The notes: generated from the sequence alone by a model not told the origin. A DNA stretch of 64,000 bases from Limnothrix sp. BL-A-16 (GCA_041937175.2 CP166615.1:3776001-3840000); one strand, 5' to 3'. Shown: positions 53,234-63,526, numbered from the stretch's first letter. Program-made: numbers and translations.

Positions 53234-53923
53234 ATGAAACGCTTCCAACGAATTGCTAGCACCCTGGCTCTTGCTCTCGTTCCTGCTCTGATTGCCACCC
53301 AGCCCGCACAAGCTGCCAACCTGGTTAAAAACGGCAGCTTTGAAGTGACTCCAGGCGCTCCCCTTAACGGCGGCTGGCGGACTTTTTCAGCAATTGAGGG
53401 TTGGTCGGCGACCAGTGGCGGCAAAATTGAGGTGCAAGCCGGGGTGGCCGGGAAAGCCTATGACGGCAAAAACCTGGTGGAACTCGACAGCCACTTCTAC
53501 GACAGCAAAGCATCCGAGCTGGGCCTGTTCCAAGACATCGTGACCAAAGCAGGAAAGACCTATGAACTTTCCTTTGCTTACTCGGCTCGTCCGGGAATTG
53601 CAAACAATTGGAAAGGCGGCAAAGACCAAAATGCCTTCTCCGTTTTGTTTGGTTCCAGCTTCAACCAAGTTTTCAACGCGGGTAACGGCGGCGGTCAAAC
53701 CAACTGGCTCAGCAGCGGCCCTCTGTTGGTGAAGGCGGTGTCTGACCTGACCCGCTTGCAGTTCAACTACCTGGGCACGCGGGACACCTACGGAGCCTAC
53801 ATTGATAGCGTCAGCTTGACGGAGGTGGCCTCGACCCCTGAGCCGGTTAGCTTGCTGGGTCTGTTGGCTGTGGGGACGGCGGTTGGTGTGACTGCGAAAA
53901 AGCGCCAGCGCGCGATCGACTAA
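53234..53923 (+). CDS. PEP-CTERM sorting domain protein (DUF642-like)
   Basis: Signal peptide ending AQA; NGSFE; C-terminal TPEP + TM helix + KKRQR. Confidence 0.9.
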   Translation: MKRFQRIASTLALALVPALIATQPAQAANLVKNGSFEVTPGAPLNGGWRTFSAIEGWSATSGGKIEVQAGVAGKAYDGKNLVELDSHFYDSKASELGLFQDIVTKAGKTYELSFAYSARPGIANNWKGGKDQNAFSVLFGSSFNQVFNAGNGGGQTNWLSSGPLLVKAVSDLTRLQFNYLGTRDTYGAYIDSVSLTEVASTPEPVSLLGLLAVGTAVGVTAKKRQRAID

Positions 53924-53984
53924 ATCGCGACTCCTAAGAGCGGCCCTGGTTGGCTAGCTTTTGACGATTGTTCATGTTTTGTTG

Positions 53985-54017
53985 AGGGCGATCGCTTGGA
54001 AATCAGGCGATCGCCCT
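53985..54017 (+). terminator. HIP1-based stem-loop after the PEP-CTERM gene
   Basis: AGGGCGATCGCTTG-GAAAT-CAGGCGATCGCCCT followed by TGTTTCGTT. Confidence 0.55.
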
Positions 54018-54120
54018 TGTTTCGTTCAGGCCCCCATGGCGACTGAAGTTTTGCTTTGAAGATCTCCCGTGAATGGCAGAATTGCCTCATATCCCTGATT
54101 CTGGAATTGAACGTTTTGCT

Positions 54121-54318
54121 ATGACCCCTCCCTATTTGCGGCCGGCTCCTTGGTGGAATTGGTTGGGCCTGTTGGCTCTGCTGACGGCGGTGTTGTGGTT
54201 GTTACGGGGGTTGGGGCTGCTGGGCTTTGTGCCGGGGATTGTGTTTGGTGTTTTGTTTTTGGCGATGGGGGTGTTGCTGCTGTTGGGGGTTTGGGGGGTG
54301 CGATCGCGCCGTTGGTAG
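54121..54318 (+). CDS. Small two-TM membrane protein
   Basis: LLRGLGLLGFVPG motif; hydrophobic; basic C-terminus. Confidence 0.6.
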   Translation: MTPPYLRPAPWWNWLGLLALLTAVLWLLRGLGLLGFVPGIVFGVLFLAMGVLLLLGVWGVRSRRW

Positions 54319-54364
54319 TGGATGGCGGGCCGTCCCGTGGCAACGCCCTATTTATTGCAGCGCC

Positions 54365-55882
54365 CTATTGCAGGGGCAAGAAAATGGTCATCACTTCGCC
54401 GCGTTGGGGCCGCTGCCGGATGGTGAGTTTGCCCCCGATCGCCTGGAACAGGTTTTTGGTGACGTGCAAATTCAAGCCAAAGCTGCCGGTTTCCGGTTGG
54501 AAGGTCAGTAACTGCCCGATCGACTTCAGTGATTCCAGGCGGGTGGCTGCGCCCATTGCGTCGTAGCGCAATTGCACCTTCAGTTGGCTGCCGGCCGTTT
54601 CCGCTTCCATGTCAATGCGGCTACCGGCGGGCAGGGTGCGGGCCAGGTTTTCAATAATTTCCGCCAACATTCGATCGAGCAAGGTGGGGTCGCTGGCAAC
54701 CGTGGGCAGTTTGTGCGGTAGCTTCACCGTCAGTTCCAAGTTGTGGCGGCTGGCCTGTTGTTGCCAACGGGGAATGCTGGATTGGAACACCTGGGCCAGG
54801 GGAATGGGCGTGAGGGACAGGTGGGCGCTGTTGCTGGTTTCCAATTCAACGGCTTTGAAGATCAGGTCAAAGCGGTTGATTTGTTCGGTACATTCCCGAT
54901 CGATTTTTTCGATGTAGTTCACCGCCTTGTCCTGCAAATTTTGCTGGCGCATCAACAGGCGGGTAAAGGTGCGGATCGTGGCCAGGGGCGTGCGGACGCT
55001 GTGGGCGAGGGCCTGCAAAAGCTCCAGGTCGATCGCGGGTTTTGCCGGTTGTGGCCGGGCCGAGGCCCGCAGGGGGCGACGGCGCGGCTCCGAATGGGTG
55101 GGGTTGCTGGGAGCTGGCAGGGCTTGCAGCAGGTGCTCTGTGAAGGCGCTGACGATCCGATAGCTGGGTTCCACGAGGGGAAATTGTCGGGCCAGGGCAT
55201 CAAACGGCACAAGTTGTTGAGGGGCGTTCAGTTGCACCCGGGCCCGCAGGGCTTGCCAGACGGCGGCGATCGCCTGGGGGTCAAAGGAAAAGCGAAAAAC
55301 CAGTTGACCGGTGGAGTCCTCTTGGAGCGAGAGGGCCAAGCTAAAGTCCCGCATTCGCACCACGCAAAAGGATTCTGCGGCCAAGGGATCCACCGGAGCC
55401 AGGCCGATCGCCCGTTCCGTTACCTCCGGGCAGGGTTCGCCCCCATCGGCGGAGGGCAACAGCCACAGGGATTGCCAAAGGTGGCTGCTGAAAGTCCAGA
55501 CCGAGAGGCGATCGAGCCAAGATCCCGTAAACAAGGGCAGGGGCCCCAACAGCACCACCCCTTGATCGATCGCCTCGGAGGGCAAGGCTTCCGCAAAGTC
55601 CGTGATGAAGGCCGCTTCGATCGCGTCGGCCGCCTCCATGGATTGGGCCATGATTTGGGCGATCGCCTTGGTGGCTCCCTGCCATTGGGCCTCGGCGGAT
55701 AGGGTTCCTGGGCCCGCTCCGGGGGTAAGGGGGGCAAGCAGATGACCCACCGTTGGTAACACCCATCCATTCATAGTTGGTCGATCAATCCGTTGGCGAT
55801 CGAGCGGGCGATCGCTCAGAGCAGGGGAGTGAAGCGGCATCGCGGGTTTGGGGTTCGCCGCAATCGTCGAAAGCGTCGTCAC
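54365..55882 (-). CDS. Cytoplasmic atypical sensor histidine kinase (Hik34-like)
   Basis: H-box LAHSVRTPL; C-terminal FQPETGS..LNL.VTKNLFQAIGG lacking canonical G boxes; start uncertain. Confidence 0.75.
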   Translation of the reverse strand: MTTLSTIAANPKPAMPLHSPALSDRPLDRQRIDRPTMNGWVLPTVGHLLAPLTPGAGPGTLSAEAQWQGATKAIAQIMAQSMEAADAIEAAFITDFAEALPSEAIDQGVVLLGPLPLFTGSWLDRLSVWTFSSHLWQSLWLLPSADGGEPCPEVTERAIGLAPVDPLAAESFCVVRMRDFSLALSLQEDSTGQLVFRFSFDPQAIAAVWQALRARVQLNAPQQLVPFDALARQFPLVEPSYRIVSAFTEHLLQALPAPSNPTHSEPRRRPLRASARPQPAKPAIDLELLQALAHSVRTPLATIRTFTRLLMRQQNLQDKAVNYIEKIDRECTEQINRFDLIFKAVELETSNSAHLSLTPIPLAQVFQSSIPRWQQQASRHNLELTVKLPHKLPTVASDPTLLDRMLAEIIENLARTLPAGSRIDMEAETAGSQLKVQLRYDAMGAATRLESLKSIGQLLTFQPETGSFGLNLHVTKNLFQAIGGKLTIRQRPQRGEVMTIFLPLQ

Positions 55883-55915
55883 ACGCGCTAGGGATTTAGA
55901 CTTAGGGGATTTGCC

Positions 55916-57136
55916 TCAAGTGTATCGGCAAGGCCCCGGAGTCGCGCACCCCAAAACCGAACGTTGCGAGTCGCGATCGCCGCCATTGAATTGGCCAACG
56001 CCCAATCGCTCCAGCACTTGCGCCAACACCAACGCAGTCCAATCAATATCCGCTTCCGTGGTGCTGTGGCCCAAGCTTAAACGCAGGGCCGCCGTGGCCT
56101 CGGCGGGATCGTAGCCCATGGCCAACAGGGTGGGACTCGGGGTCAGGCTGCCGCTGCTACAGGCGGATCCAGAGCTGGCGGCAATGCCCGCCCGATCGAG
56201 CTGGCGCACCAAATCCCGACCGCTGGGCAGGGGCAACCGTCCTCGCAAACAAAAACTGACATGGTGGGGCAAGCGATGCAGTCGATCGCCCGTGGGTTGC
56301 AAAGCGGGCAGGGGGGCCAAACGCTCAAATAGACGATCGCGCAGTTGACCGAGCCGTTGAGCCTCCGCTTCCCAGGTGTGGGCCATTTGTTCCGCCGCCG
56401 CCCCAAAGGCCGCGATCGCCGGCAAGGCCTGAGTGCCCGATCGCCGCTTACTTTCCTGGCCGCCCCCCAGCAACTGGGGAGCCAAATGAATGCCCGGCCT
56501 TGCCCACAGGGCCCCAGCCCCTTGAATGCCGTAGATCTTGTGACTGGAAAGAGACAGCAAATCTACCGGCAGGGTTTGCAAATCCACCGCCACCCGGCCC
56601 ACCGCCTGCACCGCGTCCGTGTGGAACAGCGCACCCGATCGCTGGGCAATCGTTCCCAACTCCGCGATCGGTTGCAGGGTTCCCACCTCGCTTTGGGCAA
56701 AAATAATCGACACCAGCACCGTTTCCGGGCGAATGGCCAAAGCCAAGTCTGAAGGATTCACCCGCCCGGCGCGATCGACCGGCAAGCGCGTAATGGCCCA
56801 GCCTTGGGCCTCCAGCCGCTCCAACGTTCGCTCGATCGCCGAATGTTCCACCTGCGAGGAAATGATATGGCGCGGTTGGGTGAACCGCTGGGCCACCCCC
56901 AAAATTGCCAAATTGTCCGCTTCCGTGCCCCCCGAGGTAAAAATCAACCCCGTGGGATCCCCATTAATCAACGTCGCCACCTGGAATCGGGCCGTTTCCA
57001 GCACCATGGCCGAACGGTCGCCCCAACTATGAATGCTTGACGGATTTCCCCATAGTTCCGTCATCACCCGTTGGGCCGCCGCGATCGCCACATCACAGGG
57101 CGGCGTGGTGGCGCTGTGGTCTAGATAAATTTGCAT
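55916..57136 (-). CDS. Cysteine desulfurase (IscS/NifS family)
   Basis: YLDHSATT, GNPSS, TSGGTEA, HTDAVQA, SSHKIYG, SSGSAC. Confidence 0.95.
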   Translation of the reverse strand: MQIYLDHSATTPPCDVAIAAAQRVMTELWGNPSSIHSWGDRSAMVLETARFQVATLINGDPTGLIFTSGGTEADNLAILGVAQRFTQPRHIISSQVEHSAIERTLERLEAQGWAITRLPVDRAGRVNPSDLALAIRPETVLVSIIFAQSEVGTLQPIAELGTIAQRSGALFHTDAVQAVGRVAVDLQTLPVDLLSLSSHKIYGIQGAGALWARPGIHLAPQLLGGGQESKRRSGTQALPAIAAFGAAAEQMAHTWEAEAQRLGQLRDRLFERLAPLPALQPTGDRLHRLPHHVSFCLRGRLPLPSGRDLVRQLDRAGIAASSGSACSSGSLTPSPTLLAMGYDPAEATAALRLSLGHSTTEADIDWTALVLAQVLERLGVGQFNGGDRDSQRSVLGCATPGPCRYT

Positions 57137-57176
57137 GGACAATCCATTGGCATCAAGGTTCAGGAATGTTGGTTAT

Positions 57177-58058
57177 TTAGGGTTCAGCATGTTCCATCGA
57201 TGCCTCTGCCTCTCCTGCTGCGTTCTCGATCGACAAAGAACCCAAAACCAAGCGATCGCTTAACTGAATCCATTGCTCCAGGCTCAGTTCTTCTGCCCGC
57301 GCCGTTTCAGGAATTGCCAGCTCAACCAAAGTATGACGCAACTGATCCAAATCCACGACGCTTTTTAGATTGTTGCGCAACATTTTGCGGCGACTGGCAA
57401 AGCCCAATTTCAACAACGTTTCAAAGCGCTTCACATTTTGCGGCGACTGCGGAAAAGGGCGGGGCTGAATTTTCACCACCGCTGAATCGACCTTGGGCGG
57501 CGGCGAAAAAGCCTTGGCCCCTACGTCACAAACCCAAGAACAATCTGCTAAAAAGCGCGATCGAATGGAAAGGGCGCTGTAATGTTTGCTGCCCAAATTC
57601 GCCACCAACCGCAGGGCCACTTCCTTTTGCACCAACAGCACGATCGACTCAAAGGGTTGCGATCTCGGTTGGGCGATCGTCCCCAATAAATGCTCCAAAA
57701 TGGGGCCCGTAATGTTGTAAGGAATATTGGCCACCACCTTGTTGGGATTTTGGAACTGGGGATTCGGAAACGCCGCCAACTGTTCCGGCCAATCCAAGGC
57801 CAAAATATCGCCCTGAAGCAGCAGAAAATTGTCCCGTTGCCCAAACTTTTTCACCAACTCAGGACAAAGATCGCGATCTAATTCGACGGCAACCACTGCC
57901 CCCGCCTGATCTAGTAACTGCCGAGTTAAAACCCCTTGACCGGGGCCAATTTCCAAAACCCGATCTTCTGGGGTTAATTCCGCCGCTGAAATAATTTTGG
58001 CAAGGGCTTTTTCACTTCTCAACCAATGTTGACCAAAGCGTTTCCGAGGTTTTGGCAT
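57177..58058 (-). CDS. rsmA: 16S rRNA adenine dimethyltransferase RsmA/KsgA
   Basis: GQHWL, LEIGPGQG, VANIPYNI, PPPKVDSA, RRKMLRN. Confidence 0.97.
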   Translation of the reverse strand: MPKPRKRFGQHWLRSEKALAKIISAAELTPEDRVLEIGPGQGVLTRQLLDQAGAVVAVELDRDLCPELVKKFGQRDNFLLLQGDILALDWPEQLAAFPNPQFQNPNKVVANIPYNITGPILEHLLGTIAQPRSQPFESIVLLVQKEVALRLVANLGSKHYSALSIRSRFLADCSWVCDVGAKAFSPPPKVDSAVVKIQPRPFPQSPQNVKRFETLLKLGFASRRKMLRNNLKSVVDLDQLRHTLVELAIPETARAEELSLEQWIQLSDRLVLGSLSIENAAGEAEASMEHAEP

Positions 58059-58530
58059 GGCTCTGCTGCAATCTTTGCTTAGTGATCTGTACTCAGTAAT
58101 TAATTCACTATTCAATCAGCATCAAAAATGGATTCGTAATCCGATCGATGATCGCATTTTGAGGGAATGATTATGAAGAATAGGGCAAGGATGGATCTAA
58201 TGAATCGAGAATTAGGAAATTATTGATCGGGGGTTAATTCACTAGGGGTGATTCATCATTGAATTGCCAATGGATACTTCGTTAAAGGGGCGTGAATGGT
58301 TGATGAATCCCGTATCAACGCTCATCACTCGGGTCTTGCCAAGAAAAATGTGTCGCTTTTAACTTGTCTTGGTTCCAAAAACAGTGCCAGAGTCTGACGA
58401 TGCAGCGCTTGGGGGAATGACTCGCTCAGGCTTAGGCTCCAGTACCAAGCTCAAGGGATTCACTCGAAATTGCGCTCAAAAGCAAGCTCAAACTCAAAAA
58501 CCAGAATTGCTCAAGAAAGGAGAAAACCGA

Positions 58531-58902
58531 ATGACGGATGTGGTTTGGCAATTGCTGCTGATTGGATTGGCGGCAGGATTGGCGGGGGGCCTGTTTGGCA
58601 TTGGCGGCGGGGCGATTATGGTGCCGGCCATGGTGCTGTGGTTGGGCCTGGATCAAAAATTAGCAACGGGAACATCCCTGGCGGCCCAGGTGTTGCCGAT
58701 CGGGCTGTTGGGGGCAATCGTGTATTACCGCAACGGCAATCTCAACATCAAGTATGGGTTGTTGATTGTGGTGGGATTGCTGGTGGGGAATTACTTTGGG
58801 GCCATATTCGCCAATCAACCCTACATCAGTTCGGCCCTGATGAAGAAACTGTATGGGGGCTTTTTGCTGTTGATTGGGTTGCGCTATTTGACGGTGCGCT
58901 AA
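58531..58902 (+). CDS. TauE/SafE (TSUP) family half-size membrane protein
   Basis: GGLFGIGGG..VP, ATGTSL. Confidence 0.85.
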   Translation: MTDVVWQLLLIGLAAGLAGGLFGIGGGAIMVPAMVLWLGLDQKLATGTSLAAQVLPIGLLGAIVYYRNGNLNIKYGLLIVVGLLVGNYFGAIFANQPYISSALMKKLYGGFLLLIGLRYLTVR

Positions 58903-58993
58903 GGGGTTGGACAATGATTGCGCGGGGTGGGGTGCAGGTGGGTGATGATCCCAAAAACGCCATGAACATGAAAACGATGGGGGAAAGTTGCCC

Positions 58994-59674
58994 ATGATCG
59001 CTTGGGCTATTTTGCAGGCGGGCGGGCCGGTGGTTGTGCCCTTGCTGTTGGGATCGATCGCGACGGTGACGGTGGCGATCGAGCGAGCTTGGTTTTGGGC
59101 CCAGGTGCGGCGCGATCGATCCCAACTGGTTCCAGCGGTTTTTGAGTTGTATGGACGCGATGCCAAGGCGGCGATCGCCCGGTTCCAGCAATATGCCGAC
59201 GGCCTGCCGATCGCCCGCATTAGTTTGGCGGCCTTGGAGCTACACCGTCCCCACCCGATCGCCTTTCGCCTGGCCCTCAGCGCCGCCACCCAAGCCGAAC
59301 GGCCCCAACTGCGACGCTTTGACCTGTGGTTGCAAACCGTCACGGCCCTGGCCCCCTTGTTGGGCTTGTTGGGCACGGTCACCGGTCTGATGGGGGCCTT
59401 TGCGGGCCTCGATTGGGCCGGGGAGGGCCCCAGTCGCGTGAATGCGGGTCTCAGTGAAGCGCTGGTTTCTACGGCGATCGGGCTGGTGGTGGCGCTGTTA
59501 GCCCTCACCCTGGGTAATCTGTTCCGGGCCCATGCTCGACGGGAACAAATGGCCATTACGCGCGATTGTCGTACCCTAGAGCGGCTGTATCTGCATCATT
59601 ACTGGCACTTCAACGCGCCCGATCGGCCCGGATATCGACGCAATCAGGCCAGACATCGGCGCGATCGGTTGTGA
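58994..59674 (+). CDS. MotA/TolQ/ExbB proton channel family protein
   Basis: APLLGLLGTVTG, GLSEALVSTAIGLVVA. Confidence 0.9.
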   Translation: MIAWAILQAGGPVVVPLLLGSIATVTVAIERAWFWAQVRRDRSQLVPAVFELYGRDAKAAIARFQQYADGLPIARISLAALELHRPHPIAFRLALSAATQAERPQLRRFDLWLQTVTALAPLLGLLGTVTGLMGAFAGLDWAGEGPSRVNAGLSEALVSTAIGLVVALLALTLGNLFRAHARREQMAITRDCRTLERLYLHHYWHFNAPDRPGYRRNQARHRRDRL

Positions 59675-59708
59675 TCAACCAATGCGATCAACCAATGTGA
59701 TCAACCAA
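59670..59708. repeat. Three 13-bp tandem repeats TGYGATCAACCAA
   Basis: Read directly from the sequence. Confidence 0.85.
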
Positions 59709-59878
59709 GCCCTACCCAGCTCTAGGGTTACCAGAGTTTTGAATTTCCAAATTTTCTAGTTTCCGGCGTTGCCACTGTCCCGATGCCCAAGTGATCAGCT
59801 CCCCGGTAGGCAAATTCTCCCCAGGATTCAAATTCTCGCTGATCCAGTACGCCAGATTTACAGTGTTGCTTCATTGAT

Positions 59879-59896
59879 GTTACATTTCTTCACAGG
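59879..59896. promoter_or_regulatory. HLR1-like (RpaB) direct repeat
   Basis: GTTACATT-TC-TTCACAGG versus consensus KTTACAWW-NN-KTTACAWW; second half is imperfect. Confidence 0.35.
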
Positions 59897-60628
59897 AGGC
59901 TAATTAGCCAACGCCCGGAGAACTGTCAAGCACTAACCGCTGCTTCAAGTTGCCATCAACCCCATTCGTTGAAACTGCTGAAACTGCGATGGTGTGCGTC
60001 TTTGTCACCCAAAATGCAAAGTCGATGACATCCCCGGCCAGGTTTTAATTGGTATTCTCCCAACACAGCAAGCACGGCCAGCCGCCCCAACGGCTGGCTT
60101 TTTCACGATCGGGGTAGCAATCACCGCTGCGATCGAACCCGTTGCCCAGCCCCCGGAGATCTTGGCCCAATTTGCAAAGCGTCGTGATAGACTTTTATGC
60201 CAGCAAACCAGCCGCTCGATCGATGCTGTTTTAACTGTTTGGTGAGTTTTGCTGCCCCCATCGTGGCAAAATCTTCAGCAGCAACACACCCGATCGACAA
60301 CGCACGGGTCACACGGCTCCGGATGGCTAAAGGTCAGCGCTTGACTGCTCAAGACTGGCGACAGATCCTTTCCTTTCAATTGAGCAATAGCAAGTCTATT
60401 TGAATTGAATAGTTATCAAACAACCTTTATTCAGCAGCTTGCAGCAGAGCGTTTGATATCCCCGCGCGAGCTGTGTTTTGCTCAGAGCTGGCAAGTTCTC
60501 AAAACTTGTCTTTTCCATCGAGGTGCTCTCGATTCAATGGCAACCGAATGGTAACTGCCAACCACCACATCCAGTCACCCGGCGCTTAGTCTCCTGGCGC
60601 TTGCTGCAAACCATCAGAGGGATCCGTC

Positions 60629-61114
60629 ATGTCCATTCGCCTGTACGTTGGCAATCTGCCCAAAGAAGTCGATCGCAAAGAACTCGAAGCCGTCTTTGCC
60701 GGCACGGGCGACCTGACCTCCACCAAGGTCATTGTCGATCGCAAAACCGGAAAATGTCGCGGTTTTGCATTCGTGACGGTTCCCACTGATGAACTTGCCG
60801 ACCAAATCATCGAACAGTTCAACGGTTCCACCTTCAAAGACACCGTGCTGAAAATTGAAAAAGCCATGCCCCGCAAAGGCAAGGGCGATGACGAAGCCCC
60901 CGAAAGCGCCGAAGCCAGCCCCGTCAAGGCCGCTCGTCGCAGCAGCGGTGGCGGTGGCGGTGGTGGCAAAAAAGGCGGTGGTGGTGGCCGTCGCGCCCCC
61001 GGTGGGGCGGTGGTGGCCGAAAGCAGCGCCGCTTCTGCCCAGCCGGATCCCCGCTGGGCCGGTGAGTTGGCGAAGCTGAAGCAACTGTTGAACACCCAAA
61101 CGACTGGTTCCTAA
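60629..61114 (+). CDS. RRM RNA-binding protein (Rbp3-like)
   Basis: RNP2 LYVGNL, RNP1 RGFAFV, C-terminal QPDPRWA.EL.KLK. Confidence 0.92.
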   Translation: MSIRLYVGNLPKEVDRKELEAVFAGTGDLTSTKVIVDRKTGKCRGFAFVTVPTDELADQIIEQFNGSTFKDTVLKIEKAMPRKGKGDDEAPESAEASPVKAARRSSGGGGGGGKKGGGGGRRAPGGAVVAESSAASAQPDPRWAGELAKLKQLLNTQTTGS

Positions 61115-61183
61115 GGTTCACTAAGTTTCCTTGACCAGTTGCTCAAATCGCACAACGTTTTCCACTCTTCAGAAATTGCAATC

Positions 61184-61234
61184 ACACCATGTTTGGCCGC
61201 GGGTTTGTCCCTTGCCAAATCTGGTGTTTTTTTT
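61184..61234 (+). terminator. Rho-independent terminator
   Basis: ACACCA..TTTGGC / GCCAAA..TGGTGT stem followed by a T run. Confidence 0.7.
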
Positions 61235-61238
61235 AAAC

Positions 61239-61268
61239 TTAATGCCAGTTAATGCCAGTTAATGCCAG
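61239..61268. repeat. Three perfect 10-bp tandem repeats TTAATGCCAG
   Basis: Read directly from the sequence. Confidence 0.9.
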
Positions 61269-62188
61269 AGATGTCTAAGAATCGGCCCATGGAACTGCTG
61301 TTCTAGCACCTTGGTTCGATCGCCCTCAACGGTGATAGCAAGGGAATTGTTGCCCCTTTAAGGGTCTCTTGGAAAAAATTATGAACCAGAGATTTTAGTT
61401 GAACATCTCATCAATCTTAGGCGTAAGCTTTAATTAGGGCTGAACCCTTGGCTATCTACTCCGATTGGCTCAAATCTACTCGAATTTGCGCAAATTTGCC
61501 TGCTCCGATCTCGGCTGCGCCAGTGCGTTCATCTGCCCATGTCAGGGGCAATTTCAGCAAAATTCGGCATCCTTGGTTGGCCTTGCTCTGCCTGAGATTC
61601 TGAGCCTAAAGCTCTCAGCCTGGAACTCTGAGCTAAAACCCTGAGCTAGCCCCGGCTCTGGAACTCTTCGGTTGTCGTGGGCGACTGTAGAGAACAACCT
61701 CAGCGTTCTTGATTCAGCGTTCTTGATTCACCACTGTTGGGGGCCAATTGAGCAGTTTGCATGACCCTGCTGCCCGTTTGGTCATTGCCGATCGCGTCCT
61801 TACTCATTTCGATTGAGTTACTTGACCATTTTGCTGACGGATGATCAGGAGTCAGTGGCGTGTCTTGGAGCTGGGTGTGAGTGAACGTTGCACCCGTTCC
61901 TCGGCGGAAGTGGTATGGGGTGATGGTGTGAATGCGCGATCGCCCGGTCACCAGTGCTTTGACCCATGAAAAGTGCATTTCAACGAATTCTAAGGGTGTT
62001 AGGGTGTGCCCTCGATCGCAGCCCGTCGTTTTTTCTGGTTACAGACGCTGAACCAGTGAATCAACAGAATAGGAACAGCCGCATCACGATCGGCTTGATT
62101 GCGGGATGCTCCAGTGCAGTTGGATGGGCGAAACCCCAAATAGTCACTCCCTGTTCTACGTCACCCTTACCCTGGTAAACCCAAGGCT

Positions 62189-63526
62189 ATGAAGATTCTG
62201 ATCTATTCCTACAACTACCATCCTGAGCCGATTGGGATTGCGCCGTTGATGACTGAGCTAGCGGAGGGGTTGGCTCGGCGTGGCCACGAAGTCCGCGTTT
62301 TGACGGGAATGCCAAACTATCCGGAGCGGCGGATTTACGAAGGTTATCGGGGCAAGTTGTATTGCACGGAAGTGATTAACAACGTGCGAATCGATCGCTG
62401 CTATGTCTGGATTCGACCCAAGCCCGGCCTGCTGACGCGGTTGGCCCTGGATGGCAGTTTTGCGATCACGAGTTTCCTGCGGGCCCTGAATGGTTGGCGG
62501 CCCGATGTGATGCTGATGACTTCGCCTCCGTTGGCGGCGACGGTTCCGGCGGCTCTGCTGCGGTGGATGTATCGCTGCCCTTTGATTTTGAATTTGCAAG
62601 ATATTTTGCCGGAAGCGGCCGTGCACACGGGGCTGATTACTAGCAAGCGGGCGATTCAGGTTTTTGAGGCCCTGGAGCGGTTTGCCTATAAAACCTCAAC
62701 GGCCATCAGCGCGATCGCGGAAGGTTTTGTGGACAACCTGGTGAGCAAGGGGGTGTCGCCCAACAAGATTGCCCTGATTCCCAACTGGGTGGATGTGGAC
62801 TTTGTGCAGCCGATGCCGAAGAACAATGCATTTCGTGTGGCCCATGGGTTACAGGGCAAGTTTGTGGTGCTTTATTCGGGCAATATTGCTTTGACCCAAG
62901 GGCTGGAAACGGTGATTGATGCGGCGAAGGTGCTGGATGGCCGACCCGAGGCGGCCCAAATTCAGTTCGTGATTGTGGGCGAGGCAAGGGCGATCGAGCG
63001 ATTGGGGCAATATTGCCGTGAAAATGCCGTGAGCGATCGGGTCAAGCTGTTGCCCTTTCAACCTCGGGAAGCGCTACCAGAAATGATGGCGGCGGCGGAC
63101 GTGAGCTTGATTGTGCAGCGGCGCAATGTGGTGGGCTTTAACATGCCCTCGAAAACCCAGGTCATTTTGGCCAGTGGCCGGCCGATCATTGGGTCTGTGC
63201 CAAGCCACGGCACGGCGGCCCAAGCCATTCGGCGCAGTGAGGCGGGGATTGTGGTGGAGCCGGAGTCTCCCCAGGCTTTGGCGGAGGCGATTTTGGCCCT
63301 GGCTCAGGATCCCGATCGGGCAGAGCGGCTGGGTCGTCAGGGTCGCCAACATGCGCTGGAAATGTATAGCTTTGACTCGTCGCTCGATCGCTACGAACAG
63401 TTGTTTAACCACTTGGTGAAGCAGTCTCGCCGTCATTCCGCTGCGGTGACGGTTCCGGCAGACCTGACGGGCACAGCGCAACCCCTGCAACTGCCCCACC
63501 CCTCAACCAGCAATCGATCGCACTAG
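62189..63526 (+). CDS. Glycosyltransferase family 4 (WcaI-like)
   Basis: NYHPEPIGI, PNYP, IPNWVD, YSGNI, MPSK. Confidence 0.92.
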   Translation: MKILIYSYNYHPEPIGIAPLMTELAEGLARRGHEVRVLTGMPNYPERRIYEGYRGKLYCTEVINNVRIDRCYVWIRPKPGLLTRLALDGSFAITSFLRALNGWRPDVMLMTSPPLAATVPAALLRWMYRCPLILNLQDILPEAAVHTGLITSKRAIQVFEALERFAYKTSTAISAIAEGFVDNLVSKGVSPNKIALIPNWVDVDFVQPMPKNNAFRVAHGLQGKFVVLYSGNIALTQGLETVIDAAKVLDGRPEAAQIQFVIVGEARAIERLGQYCRENAVSDRVKLLPFQPREALPEMMAAADVSLIVQRRNVVGFNMPSKTQVILASGRPIIGSVPSHGTAAQAIRRSEAGIVVEPESPQALAEAILALAQDPDRAERLGRQGRQHALEMYSFDSSLDRYEQLFNHLVKQSRRHSAAVTVPADLTGTAQPLQLPHPSTSNRSH

